A DNA stretch of 54,874 nt from an uncultured bacterium. Its GTDB lineage: Bacteria; Patescibacteriota; Patescibacteriia; Patescibacteriales; SZUA-104. Shown in pieces: positions 44,666-54,056 of this stretch. Under the pieces are notes generated by a model, which saw nothing but the letters and a program-made list of their open reading frames with translations, ran no database searches and had not been told where the DNA came from. The translations under genes and the position numbers were made by a program. The stretch lies in NCBI GenBank assembly GCA_913009695.1, contig CAJVWV010000001.1:1-54874 (forward strand), read 5' to 3'. Numbering within the stretch: position 1 is the stretch's first letter; each line of letters opens with the position of its first letter.

Positions 44666-46897
44666 TTACTCCAAATGCACTTTTTTCTCCCACTCCCCTA
44701 ACTTCTCTTTCAACTCTAAATAATTACTCAAATTCTCATCTTTCTTAATTAACTTTTCAGCTTCGCTTTTAGCTAACTTCATTAATTCATAATCAAAAAG
44801 CGAGGCCATTTTTAATTCAGGAAAACCTTTCTGCATTGTACCGTAAACTTCACCGGGCCCCCTAAATTTTAAATCCATTTTAGCGAGCGCAAAACCGTCA
44901 TTATTATCAACCAGAGCCTGCAAGCGCTTTAAGGTCTTTGGTGAATCGCTTTCCGTAAACAAAAAACAATATGATTGATGATCGCTTCTTCCTACTCGAC
45001 CTCTAAATTGATGAAGCTGCGCCAACCCAAACCTGTCCGCGCCTTCTATCATCATTATTGCCGCGTTAGGCACGTCCACACCTACTTCCACGACCGACGT
45101 AGAAACTAAAATCTTTATTTTATTATCTAAAAAATCCCGCATTACTTGCTCTTTGCTGGTGGCTTTTCCGCCAGAGGCGGACCAGCCTCTGGCTGGCATA
45201 CGGCCATGAAGCATACCAATATTTAAATCTTTAAAAACCTTTTTATCTAATTTTTCAAATTCTTCTTTTACTGATTTAACACCTAATTTGTCGGACATAT
45301 CTATTAAAGGACAAATTACAAAAACCTGCCTTCCCTCTTTAATCTTTTCCCTAATAAAATCATAAACCTTTTTCCGTTTTATTTCGGGAACGACCTTAGT
45401 TAAAATCTTTTTCCTTCCAATCGGCATCTCATCAATAACCGAAATATCTAAATCGCCGTATAAAGCTAAAGCAAGCGAACGAGGAATAGGCGTAGCGGTC
45501 ATAGACAGTAAATGCGGCATTTTCTCCCTCTCCTTACTAAGGAGAGGGTCGGGGTGAGGTCCCGACTTCTCTATTATCATCTTTCTCTGCTCAACACCAA
45601 ACCTATGCTGTTCGTCTATGATTACCAACGACAGGTTTTTAAATTCTATCGTCTCCTGAATTAAAGCATGCGTTCCAATAATAACGTCAACTTCGCCACC
45701 CTTTATCGCTTTTGTCATCTTCTTTTTAGATAATCCATTGCTCTTTGTTCCATGTTCCTTGTTCCATGTTCCTTGTCTCGTGCTTCTCGTCATCAGCCCC
45801 ACCTTAATATCAAAATCAGCAAAAAAATTAATAACGCTATCATAATGCTGCTTAGCCAATATCTCCGTCGGAACCATTAAAACCGCTTGTTTTTTATTTA
45901 AAACCGTATTTAAAATCGCCATAAGAGCCACAACAGTTTTTCCGCTTCCAACGTCCCCTTCTAAAAGACGCGACATAGGATGCGGGCTTTCTATATCCTG
46001 CAAAATCTCCCAAGCCGCTTTACGCTGAGCGTCAGTCAATTTAAACGGCAAGCTATCAACAAATTTCTTAGTTTCTTTTTTTAAAAATTTAATCTTCTCC
46101 GCGACGCATTGCAATGTGTCTCTACGAATCAATTGCGACTGCGCCTGAATTAAAAAAAGCTCGTTAAACGCTAAACGCCTGCGAGCATTATCAATATCTT
46201 GCTTGTTTTTAGGAAAATGAATTTTACTTATGGCATCGCCTAAATTTAATAGCTTTAAATTCTTCTCTATTTCGTTCGGCAACCAGTCTTTCACCTCTTT
46301 AGCTAAGCCTACGACCTGCTTAATCAAAAACCGAACCTGCTTCTGCGTAATATTGGCGGTTAGATGATAATTAGGAACAAACCCCTGCGTATGCACAGCA
46401 AATCCCCCTCCGCCCCCTTTAATAAAGGGGGGATTTTTAATATTTCCCCTCTTTATTAAAGGGGGGCTGGGGGGATTTAAATGGGTTTGGGGGATTTTCT
46501 CATAAATAGGCGATTTCATAATAAAACTTCCATAATCGTCTTCAACCTTCCCGGCCAAAGAAACCTTATCACCCACCCGCAGATTCTTAGCAATAAACGG
46601 CTGATTAAACCAAATAACCTTAATACTTTCCGTATCGTCCGAAACAAGCGCCTCTACTATACTCATGCGTTTTCTGTGACTTCTTTTGCTCTGGATTAAT
46701 TCAATCTGTCCGACAACATTAGCCGACTCACCCGCCTTTAAATTATCAATCGGGGTAATCTTAGAAAAATCGTCATACCGAAACGGAAAATAATAAAGCA
46801 GGTCTTCCACCGTTTCAACACCCAATTTTTTAAGGCGTTTCGCGGTTTGAACCCCGACTCTGTTTATTTTAGTTATGTCTGTATTTAGTTCTAGCAT
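44666..46897 (-). CDS. recG: ATP-dependent DNA helicase RecG
   Basis: 743 aa; GDVGSGKT, DEQHRFGV, TATPIPRS, HGRM, QLHQFRGRVGRS. It carries at least four repeat-derived in-frame segments. Confidence 0.95.
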   Translation of the reverse strand: MLELNTDITKINRVGVQTAKRLKKLGVETVEDLLYYFPFRYDDFSKITPIDNLKAGESANVVGQIELIQSKRSHRKRMSIVEALVSDDTESIKVIWFNQPFIAKNLRVGDKVSLAGKVEDDYGSFIMKSPIYEKIPQTHLNPPSPPLIKRGNIKNPPFIKGGGGGFAVHTQGFVPNYHLTANITQKQVRFLIKQVVGLAKEVKDWLPNEIEKNLKLLNLGDAISKIHFPKNKQDIDNARRRLAFNELFLIQAQSQLIRRDTLQCVAEKIKFLKKETKKFVDSLPFKLTDAQRKAAWEILQDIESPHPMSRLLEGDVGSGKTVVALMAILNTVLNKKQAVLMVPTEILAKQHYDSVINFFADFDIKVGLMTRSTRQGTWNKEHGTKSNGLSKKKMTKAIKGGEVDVIIGTHALIQETIEFKNLSLVIIDEQHRFGVEQRKMIIEKSGPHPDPLLSKEREKMPHLLSMTATPIPRSLALALYGDLDISVIDEMPIGRKKILTKVVPEIKRKKVYDFIREKIKEGRQVFVICPLIDMSDKLGVKSVKEEFEKLDKKVFKDLNIGMLHGRMPARGWSASGGKATSKEQVMRDFLDNKIKILVSTSVVEVGVDVPNAAIMMIEGADRFGLAQLHQFRGRVGRSDHQSYCFLFTESDSPKTLKRLQALVDNNDGFALAKMDLKFRGPGEVYGTMQKGFPELKMASLFDYELMKLAKSEAEKLIKKDENLSNYLELKEKLGEWEKKVHLE
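45168..45196. repeat. GC-rich twin-hairpin segment in frame in recG
   Basis: CCGCCagaGGCGG-a-CCAGCCtctGGCTGG. The arms GCCAGAGGC/GCCTCTGGC are also mutually complementary. It encodes PARGWSASGG between HGRM and SKEQVM. Confidence 0.65.
45526..45561 (+). repeat. Family 1 mini-element in frame in recG
   Basis: CCCTCTCCTT-act-AAGGAGAGGG-t-CGGGGTGAGGTC; encodes PHPDPLLSKERE between DEQHRFGV and TATPIPR. Confidence 0.85.
45747..45774. repeat. (GTTCCAT GTTCCTT)x2 heptamer tandem repeat in frame in recG
   Basis: gttccatgttccttgttccatgttcctt; encodes part of RQGTWNKEHGTKS. Confidence 0.8.
46401..46497. repeat. Inverted pair of family 2 mini-elements plus an extra GGGGGATT tail, in frame in recG
   Basis: 46401-46432 is AATCCCCCtccgCCCCCTTTaataAAGGGGGG, 46446-46477 is CCCCTCTTTattaAAGGGGGGctGGGGGGATT, and 46489-46496 is GGGGGATT. 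Together they encode NPPSPPLIKRGNIKNPPFIKGGGGGFA. Confidence 0.85.
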
Positions 46898-46971
46898 GGT
46901 TATATTTTAACATATTTAAACAAAAAAATAACCTGAGATTTGACAGACTATAAAAAACTAAAAAAAAGCAG

Positions 46972-47023
46972 TTGACAAAGTACTTGCCAACTGATAACAT
47001 ATCAATATAATTAGATATGTTAT
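46972..47023 (+). promoter_or_regulatory. Candidate sigma-70 promoter with overlapping inverted-repeat operator upstream of arsR
   Basis: TTGACA (46972-46977), 17-nt spacer, TAACAT (46995-47000). The inverted repeat ATAACATATC (46995-47004) / GATATGTTAT (47014-47023) ends 1 nt before the ATG. Confidence 0.45.
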
Positions 47024-47024
47024 T

Positions 47025-47327
47025 ATGAAAAGAAAAAATAGTACACATTCTTTAGAGTTACTAAAAATATTAAGCAATAGCACGAGATTTAATATTGTTT
47101 TACTTCTCGCTTCGGGCGAAAAATGTGTTTGCGAAATATATAAAAATTTGAATTTGCCTCAAAATCTCGCTTCTCATCATTTGGGGATTTTACGCCAAAA
47201 CAAATTAATAATAGATCGGAAAGACGGCAAATGGATTCATTATTCTCTAAATAGAAAAAATATTAGAATAGTAAATAATTTATTAGAACAAATTATTTCA
47301 ACAAAAGAAAAAAGGTCGAAATGTTAA
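47025..47327 (+). CDS. arsR: ArsR/SmtB-family metalloregulator
   Basis: 100 aa; wHTH with a CVC site (GEKCVCEIYKNL) and HHLGILRQ recognition helix. Confidence 0.8.
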   Translation: MKRKNSTHSLELLKILSNSTRFNIVLLLASGEKCVCEIYKNLNLPQNLASHHLGILRQNKLIIDRKDGKWIHYSLNRKNIRIVNNLLEQIISTKEKRSKC

Positions 47328-47354
47328 CATTTTATAATTAACTTAAAAAACATT

Positions 47355-47642
47355 ATGAATACATACAACTACAAATGCTTGGACTGTAAAAATATTTTTG
47401 ACATTCAAGCCACAATTCAAGAAAAAGAGGAAGACAAAAGTGATAAATTTGTTTGTCAAAAATGCCAATCAAAAAATATTAAACAGCAATTTTCTCCCGC
47501 TAATTTCGTCAGAAATATTTTTAGAAGCGGAAATGAATCAGGTGGGTGCTGTTCGAGCGGAGATGTCTGCGACATTGATTGCAAGCCCGACAACGAAGAA
47601 GACAATGATAGCAATACTAAAAATAGCGGCTGTTGCGGATAA
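47355..47642 (+). CDS. FmdB-type zinc-ribbon protein with Cys-rich acidic tail
   Basis: 95 aa; YKCLDCKN...CQKCQSKN ribbon; tail GGCCSSGDVCDIDC...SGCCG. Confidence 0.65.
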   Translation: MNTYNYKCLDCKNIFDIQATIQEKEEDKSDKFVCQKCQSKNIKQQFSPANFVRNIFRSGNESGGCCSSGDVCDIDCKPDNEEDNDSNTKNSGCCG

Positions 47643-47674
47643 AAAATATCGCGCCTAACCTAAAATAAAAAAAT

Positions 47675-48634
47675 ATGATTCAACAATTTGCCGGCTGGCT
47701 TGCGTATTCAATTTTCAATCTTGATCCTGCTTCAAAAATAGGCGGAAGTGTTAATTTTTTTATTTATGACACTATTAAAATATATTTTTTAATCTTGATA
47801 GTTGTCGGGGCAATCGCCTTTATTCGCACTTTTTTGCCGCCGGATAAAATCAAAAAGATATTCCTCAAGCAAAAATTTGGAGCAGGCAATTTAGCAGCTT
47901 CGTCTTTGGGAGCGGTTACGCCTTTTTGCTCTTGCTCATCTATCCCTATTTTTATCGGATTTTTAGAAGCGGAAATGCCTTTAGGAATCGCTTTTTCCTT
48001 TATTATTACTTCGCCGTTAGTCAATGAAGTGGTCTTTGTTTTAATGGGTGGGATGTTTGGTTGGAAAATAGCTTTTCTTTATGCTTTGTCTGGTATTATT
48101 CTTGGGGTAACGGCAGGGCTGATAATAGGAAAAATGAAGCTTGGTAAAGAAATTATTTTAAAATTAGGAAGAAACAGTAAAGGCGAAAAGTTGCAACTTA
48201 ACTATCTTCCTAAAAGTTTTGAAGGAAAAATTCAATTTTCATTGCAAGAAAGTTTTTCAATTTTTAAAAAACTTTGGTGGATTATTGCCATTGGGGTTGG
48301 CATTGGGGCTATAATTCATGGTTATATTTCCCAAGAATTTTTTGAACAATACCTCGGCGTAAATTCAATATTGGCCGTTCCAATCGCGGCTTTGATCGGT
48401 ATCCCAATATATGCCGGCTGCTCCACTGTTGTTCCAATCGCTTTTGCCTTAACGACAAAAGGTATTCCATTGGGAACGGCTCTCGCTTTTATGATGTCAA
48501 TAGCCGGGTTGTCATTGCCCGAAGCGATTATGTTAAAGAAAGTTATTTCAATGAAATTATTGGCTATATTTTTTGGCACCGTAGCGGCAGGAATTATTTT
48601 AATCGGGTATTTATTTAATTTTATCCCATTATAA
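47675..48634 (+). CDS. ArsP/UPF0718-type permease
   Basis: 319 aa; ~8 TM segments; vicinal-Cys motif VTPFCSCSSIPIF characteristic of this permease family. Confidence 0.75.
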   Translation: MIQQFAGWLAYSIFNLDPASKIGGSVNFFIYDTIKIYFLILIVVGAIAFIRTFLPPDKIKKIFLKQKFGAGNLAASSLGAVTPFCSCSSIPIFIGFLEAEMPLGIAFSFIITSPLVNEVVFVLMGGMFGWKIAFLYALSGIILGVTAGLIIGKMKLGKEIILKLGRNSKGEKLQLNYLPKSFEGKIQFSLQESFSIFKKLWWIIAIGVGIGAIIHGYISQEFFEQYLGVNSILAVPIAALIGIPIYAGCSTVVPIAFALTTKGIPLGTALAFMMSIAGLSLPEAIMLKKVISMKLLAIFFGTVAAGIILIGYLFNFIPL

Positions 48635-48671
48635 ATAAATTAGAATAATCCAATAATTTGATATGATATAA

Positions 48672-49103
48672 TTACAATTTATTAAAATTATGAATATAGC
48701 ATGCTATTATATAATAAATTAACAAAGCGTAAATAAAATAGCTTGCCTGAAACCAATAAGACATAGATATATCTAATGGAGTAATTTTGTATAAAAAGAC
48801 GTAAAAAGCTTTTGTTAGAACATTAAAAGAAAAAAGCAACATAACAACTTTCAAAATATTATAATACTGTCCTGCAAAAGAAAATTTCTTGCTGGCAAAT
48901 GATATTACGAAAAACGAAAACAAAAAATATCTTAAAGCGCCGATAATGAGAAAAAATAATCTATATGCCGCACAGCCAGAACAATAATAGTTTTCAATCG
49001 CAAAACGGCTAATTAATATAACTATAGACGACAACACCAACGAAACCGGAATCATAAATAAAAATATTTTTATTTTATTTTTTGATGGTTTTAAAAAAAT
49101 CAT
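48672..49103 (-). CDS. Hypothetical polytopic membrane protein
   Basis: 143-aa ORF with 4 hydrophobic segments; no motif recognised. Confidence 0.45.
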   Translation of the reverse strand: MIFLKPSKNKIKIFLFMIPVSLVLSSIVILISRFAIENYYCSGCAAYRLFFLIIGALRYFLFSFFVISFASKKFSFAGQYYNILKVVMLLFSFNVLTKAFYVFLYKITPLDISMSYWFQASYFIYALLIYYIIACYIHNFNKL

Positions 49104-49246
49104 ACTTTTTATTTAACTAATTAGCGCTGGAAAAGCAGTCTAAAAGACTGAAAAAACAATTAAATAACGAGCATTTTATTATAATTTGTTTAAGCTCTAT
49201 TAGAAAAAATATAAGTATGAGCTTAGGGAATCATCTTGTTATCACT

Positions 49247-50806
49247 TTAATTATCCACTCTTCTGTAGCCGGTATCCGTCCAACAGCCGCCTCTGCCAAT
49301 AGAACTTAATACACTGGCGGGAATTTTTTCTTCATCCATTAAGTCGCAAGACGGATCCTCCTGCCCAATAAATAAAACTCTATAATTATTTATTTCTTTT
49401 TTTAATACCGCGGTTGATCCGGCCCTTCGCCCATGCATGCTGACTTGATAAAACGGGTAATCCTGAGTGAAGATTGTCGCAATTGTCTCTTTGTTTTTTA
49501 ATTTAAGCGCTTCCAAAAACGGTCTTTGCTCCGCTTGACTCCCGGCCAAATCATTGCCGCATGTTACCTTAACAGTACGACACATGAACGCATCCTCACC
49601 GCATCCATACGAACTATAATCAGGATTTACTTTAATCACGCATAAATCTTTTCCTTTTTCATAGGCCTGCACATAATCATAGAATCTTCTATCATTTTCA
49701 TCAAGCGATGAATTTTGTTCGTTTAAAGTAAATCCTCTTTCAATTAATACCTGTTTAGCAATTTTCAATAAATCACGGGAAAAATTATTTTTCATAAAAT
49801 CCTCTTCTGCTCCATTGTCTCTGGACGCAATGACAGATTCTATCCCGGGAACAAGTATACTATATCCATCTTCATCATTCCACCATAGGGATGAGTTATC
49901 CAAGCGAACATCCGCGTTCTTTACAGCTGATTTAAATTTTATTTCCAATTCCTCGCTTATAGATAGTGGAGCGGCTATACTGTTTATGATCTGTTCAAAT
50001 TCCTCTGTAAACGGCGTGTCTTTAAAATAAGAAATTTTAAAATCTTCATCGAAATATTTAATTTTATTAAAAATTTTAGAGATTTCCATATTGTCCCCCT
50101 GCTCACTTGGTAAATCTGCGCAAATCGGCTGGCATTTTTTGTCTTCACATTTAACGCCAAGGCAGGATACGCAACTATAAACGCAGGTTGAACGAAATGA
50201 ATTTATCAAACTGCTAACCTTGTTTACCTCATTTCTGTTCACATACGCGTAGCAACCAAACGGACATTGCCCGCCTCTCACGGCATTTTCACAATCAGAA
50301 TCAGCTTCACAATAGTTGGCTTGTTTAATTTCTTGTTTGATGTATAATTCTTTTATTTTTTGGGATGCGATTAAGGCGGTTGATAGCGCTGCAATTATTA
50401 ATAATAAAACAACTGCAGTTTTCTTTTCTGATTTTATAAATAATTTAATCAAGAAGTAAAAAAACAGTACCGCCGATAAATAAAAAATATAATTAGAAAT
50501 AGGATAAATAAATAAACTGCCTGAAATAAAATTCCATTCCAAGATTAAAGCGCCGTCAACCACATCCTTAATATTATGAGTTAGATAAAAGCGCGGCCAG
50601 CCGTGAGAGGTGGACATAATTGTGCCGCCAACTTTTTTAACCACAACCAACAAGGATAATAAAGTTAAAACTAAAGCTCCCAAAGCCATAATCAACTTAT
50701 TTATTCTCTTAATTACAACCTTCTTCTTTTTATGTAAAAAAAGAAATTGGAAAAAAGATAGAATCAGCAACGCGCTTGAAATCTCTAAAATATTTATTAC
50801 GCTCAT
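49247..50806 (-). CDS. Hypothetical membrane-anchored protein with Cys-rich module
   Basis: 519 aa; ~4 N-terminal TM segments, then CEADSDCENAVRGGQCPFGCYAYV...CVYSCVSCLGVKCEDKKCQPIC and a large soluble domain. Confidence 0.55.
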   Translation of the reverse strand: MSVINILEISSALLILSFFQFLFLHKKKKVVIKRINKLIMALGALVLTLLSLLVVVKKVGGTIMSTSHGWPRFYLTHNIKDVVDGALILEWNFISGSLFIYPISNYIFYLSAVLFFYFLIKLFIKSEKKTAVVLLLIIAALSTALIASQKIKELYIKQEIKQANYCEADSDCENAVRGGQCPFGCYAYVNRNEVNKVSSLINSFRSTCVYSCVSCLGVKCEDKKCQPICADLPSEQGDNMEISKIFNKIKYFDEDFKISYFKDTPFTEEFEQIINSIAAPLSISEELEIKFKSAVKNADVRLDNSSLWWNDEDGYSILVPGIESVIASRDNGAEEDFMKNNFSRDLLKIAKQVLIERGFTLNEQNSSLDENDRRFYDYVQAYEKGKDLCVIKVNPDYSSYGCGEDAFMCRTVKVTCGNDLAGSQAEQRPFLEALKLKNKETIATIFTQDYPFYQVSMHGRRAGSTAVLKKEINNYRVLFIGQEDPSCDLMDEEKIPASVLSSIGRGGCWTDTGYRRVDN

Positions 50807-50864
50807 AGCTCTAATTTTTTATATATTTTCTGCCTGACCTTAGTCAGCTTTTTAAAATATTAAT

Positions 50865-52358
50865 TTAGTCATGGAAAACACTAAAAGAAATTGATTCAAC
50901 CATTTTTCTATTCTCCTCCATATTTTTGATAAAATTCGTATAAGTATTTTCTAAATAATAATTCAATATTTCATGTTCGGATTCTTGGGCTAATTTTTTA
51001 ATCTCCCTATAAATAATGTAATTGTTGCCGATATTTAATTCAAAAGGAGCGATGGCGGGCAAGGCGCTAATGGATAATATAAATCTTTCTAAATCTTCGG
51101 CATTATCAGTAATATATCCACTCAAATGAGAATTATAATTTACAACCAATCTTTCGTCAAAATCACCGCCAATATTATGTTTTTGGGCGGCAAAATGTTT
51201 AAAAAATATAGCGGTATTTTTAGAGGAGCCCAGTATCTCGTCATTCATATGAAAGACAGCGGCTTGCAGCAGCCTGTTTCCGTTTTTCATATTATCCATC
51301 TCTTTTTTCTTGCTTGTTATTATCTCAATTTTATAATTATCATTTTCGTAAATTTGAAACAAACCGTCTAAACCGGCTTGCGCTATTGATGCGCCAACCA
51401 ATCTGGTAATAATGCTATCGTTCTTAGCGTTCAACATCTGGTTCCCGACAAGCGCTAAATTATTTAATATATCAACCGCCTCGCCCTCAAGGCCTTCCGT
51501 TTTTTTTCGCTCTGCCAACTTAACCGCCCCTCGGGAAAATGTCCTTAAATTATTAAGCGGAGCGAGCACTCTAATCCCTGTTTTTCTTATTTCCTTTGAT
51601 AAATATTCTTCGGAAAAACTCAAATATTTATTACCGGCCATACTTGATAATAATTCCAACTCAATTTCAGTTGGTAAAATATATCGCAATTTTTCACCTT
51701 CATCTTGAAGTTGTTCATCAGACGCTGTCAGCTTGATTAATTCAGTTATTTCTTTAGCGGAATTTTTATCTTTTAAATCCCTTTTTCCAACAATCTCTTC
51801 TAAATCCAGATTATGAAAATAAGTAAAATCAGTTTTTACTTCGGTTTCATTATACACTTTTTTGTAATTACTCTGCGGTAAAAATAAAACCGCGAAATAT
51901 CCAACTATTAAAATAACAACGAAAACAATAGCGGTTTTACGCAGTTTGCCGAAAAATGAAATATAATAAAGCAATCTTAAAAAATAATAATAAACATATA
52001 ACAGCAAGAGGCAGCCGCCAAACAAAAAAATGCCAACAGACAATCCTTTAAATACTATTAAAAAAATAAATATCAATAAAATTAAAATAAAAATATTAAA
52101 TACATAGAAAAATAATACTAGACGATGCCTGCCTTCAAATAATTCACTATTTTTATTTCTAACAATTTTTACGGCAAAAACAAAAGAAACTATTAGGGCA
52201 ATAATATTAAAAATTGCCGAGATCAATAAAACATCAAATAATTTTTCCGCGTTCAAAATTAAATTAACCAACAAACGGTAAGCGCCGATTAAAACGCTCA
52301 AAAATAAAACATGAAAAGAAAATAATTTCAAAGAAGCTAAATATATTTTTTTGTTCAT
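50865..52358 (-). CDS. Hypothetical polytopic membrane protein with a soluble C-terminal domain
   Basis: 497 aa; ~6 TM segments in the first 160 aa; no family recognised. Confidence 0.55.
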   Translation of the reverse strand: MNKKIYLASLKLFSFHVLFLSVLIGAYRLLVNLILNAEKLFDVLLISAIFNIIALIVSFVFAVKIVRNKNSELFEGRHRLVLFFYVFNIFILILLIFIFLIVFKGLSVGIFLFGGCLLLLYVYYYFLRLLYYISFFGKLRKTAIVFVVILIVGYFAVLFLPQSNYKKVYNETEVKTDFTYFHNLDLEEIVGKRDLKDKNSAKEITELIKLTASDEQLQDEGEKLRYILPTEIELELLSSMAGNKYLSFSEEYLSKEIRKTGIRVLAPLNNLRTFSRGAVKLAERKKTEGLEGEAVDILNNLALVGNQMLNAKNDSIITRLVGASIAQAGLDGLFQIYENDNYKIEIITSKKKEMDNMKNGNRLLQAAVFHMNDEILGSSKNTAIFFKHFAAQKHNIGGDFDERLVVNYNSHLSGYITDNAEDLERFILSISALPAIAPFELNIGNNYIIYREIKKLAQESEHEILNYYLENTYTNFIKNMEENRKMVESISFSVFHD

Positions 52359-52365
52359 ATAAATT

Positions 52366-52533
52366 TTATAAAATTCTCCTGATTAATAATAGAGGCCAAA
52401 ATAGAATAACGGTTACTTTGGATAAAATTATTTCAATGTAAGTTAAATCTTTTGCCTCACTGCCAACAGAATAAACTATTAATCCAATTGCCAAATAAAT
52501 TGTAAATCCAATAATAATCTTAAATTTTTTCAT
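52366..52533 (-). CDS. Possible small membrane protein (55 aa, below the ORF-track cutoff)
   Basis: Own translation: MKKFKIIIGFTIYLAIGLIVYSVGSEAKDLTYIEIILSKVTVILFWPLLLIRRIL*. It fills the gap between two same-strand genes. Confidence 0.35.
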   Translation of the reverse strand: MKKFKIIIGFTIYLAIGLIVYSVGSEAKDLTYIEIILSKVTVILFWPLLLIRRIL

Positions 52534-53007
52534 CTATTTTATTTTTTTAAACAATAATCCGCTCCCCCTAATCACAAGCCCTATTAGCCCCCCGAACACG
52601 CATAAGACCACCAAGGGCAAAGCAAACATACTAATATCAATGATATCCAATTTTTCCAAAAGTGGCTTATTATTATATTCTAAAAATTTAAAATGATTAA
52701 TAATTAACAAAACGATAGCATAAATAAAGCTCGTTAAAGTTGATCCTATTAATAATTTTGGCGCGTAATCATAACTTCTTTCTTCGTTTTGAACCAGTAC
52801 CATTAAAATGCCGGCTGTTAGGGGTATTAGCAATATCTGAGGGCCCCACATAGATTTAAACCCATACGGATAAATTGCAAACACTATTCCAATAATTACG
52901 GCAATAACAGATATTAAATAAATTTTTTTCATAATTAAATCATAATTTTTAGAATTAAGTATTTCGCGCGAAACTATTTTTTGCTTCATCAAGCATTCCC
53001 ATATCAT
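52534..53007 (-). CDS. Hypothetical membrane protein; likely start ATG 52932
   Basis: 157-aa ORF. The first 25 codons overlap the upstream gene, and Met26 (MKKIYLISV...) starts after that gene's stop. It has 4 TM segments. Confidence 0.5.
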   Translation of the reverse strand: MIWECLMKQKIVSREILNSKNYDLIMKKIYLISVIAVIIGIVFAIYPYGFKSMWGPQILLIPLTAGILMVLVQNEERSYDYAPKLLIGSTLTSFIYAIVLLIINHFKFLEYNNKPLLEKLDIIDISMFALPLVVLCVFGGLIGLVIRGSGLLFKKIK

Positions 53008-54025
53008 CGCTCATTTTAATTTCAATTCCAAAAATATCGGCTACCGGCCGCATAATCGCCGCAAGCTCATACTTTCTAATAAGCAAACCTCTCGGCAGAA
53101 TGCCGGACTTTTTAATCGCGTCTATGAATAATCTTCTAAAGACGCGAACTTCATCATCTTCAAAATTTACAAGACTGGCGTTCAAAACCATTCCCGATAT
53201 ATGGTCAACCATAAAGAACATATAGGGATAATACGGACGCGCATATTTTTCATTATCATCCCTGATTGGCTTTGGCGTACGGAAATAATCCAGCTCCCAT
53301 TCAATCCTGTGATCCATCTCCGCTTCTTTTTTGATATTACGCGCCAATATTTCGTCAACTTCATTCAATACCGGCATTTTATCCCTTTTAATATATTTTT
53401 CAGGAGCCAAATATTCATAATGCCAAAATATTTTTCCTTTTTTTTCTTTCGGCGTTTTTACGAAAATTTTTTCAGGAATATGGGCGATAAACTCATCTTT
53501 ATTTTTTTTAAAATCCAAAACGGCTCCAAGCGCCTGCTCCACCACCGTTATTAAAAATCCGGCATCTTGTCCGGATATAAACCACGGATGATAACCGGGG
53601 GTATAATCTTTAAATGTAGGCCAAAAATTTCTATTATCAAACCTCGCTCCCACGCTCTTGATTATCTCCATTTCTTCTTTTGTTACATAATCTCTCTTGC
53701 CAAAAGCCATCATCAAGCATTTCTGCGTATGCATTTGTTCATTAATGCCATCAGGGATATTGCCTCGCGACAGCGAATCAAGCGATTTAAACCCCTCTGC
53801 TCCGGGGTAAACACCTAATCCGTAAAATTCTCCGTTGTTACCCATAACGGAACAATACGCCGTTTCCTTTGTCCGCGGATCCATAATTCCAAAAATATCA
53901 ATATCACACATCCAATTCCATGGAGCTAACTTTTCAAATTTAACAGCTAACTCGTATAATTTTTTCCACTCTTTAAGTGTTGGTTGATTGTTATTTTTTA
54001 TCATATAATTTGCCTCGCCCCGCAA
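52955..54025 (-). CDS. Hypothetical cytoplasmic protein (first gene of the unknown-function operon); likely start ATG 54004
   Basis: 356 aa; LKEWKKLYELAVKFEKLAPWNWMCDIDIFGIMDP...YCSVMGNNGEFYGLGVYPGAEG. This resembles widespread DUF-type proteins, but I cannot name the family with confidence. Confidence 0.55.
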   Translation of the reverse strand: MRGEANYMIKNNNQPTLKEWKKLYELAVKFEKLAPWNWMCDIDIFGIMDPRTKETAYCSVMGNNGEFYGLGVYPGAEGFKSLDSLSRGNIPDGINEQMHTQKCLMMAFGKRDYVTKEEMEIIKSVGARFDNRNFWPTFKDYTPGYHPWFISGQDAGFLITVVEQALGAVLDFKKNKDEFIAHIPEKIFVKTPKEKKGKIFWHYEYLAPEKYIKRDKMPVLNEVDEILARNIKKEAEMDHRIEWELDYFRTPKPIRDDNEKYARPYYPYMFFMVDHISGMVLNASLVNFEDDEVRVFRRLFIDAIKKSGILPRGLLIRKYELAAIMRPVADIFGIEIKMSDDMGMLDEAKNSFARNT

Positions 54026-54056
54026 AAGGGCTATATTTTTGATGTTTAGGTTTCCA

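Noticed and set aside
47398-47658. 86-aa alternative-frame ORF overlapping the zinc-ribbon gene
   Set aside because: The 47355..47642 frame has the canonical CxxC...CxxC FmdB-type ribbon and a proper start context. The overlapping frame shows no motif.
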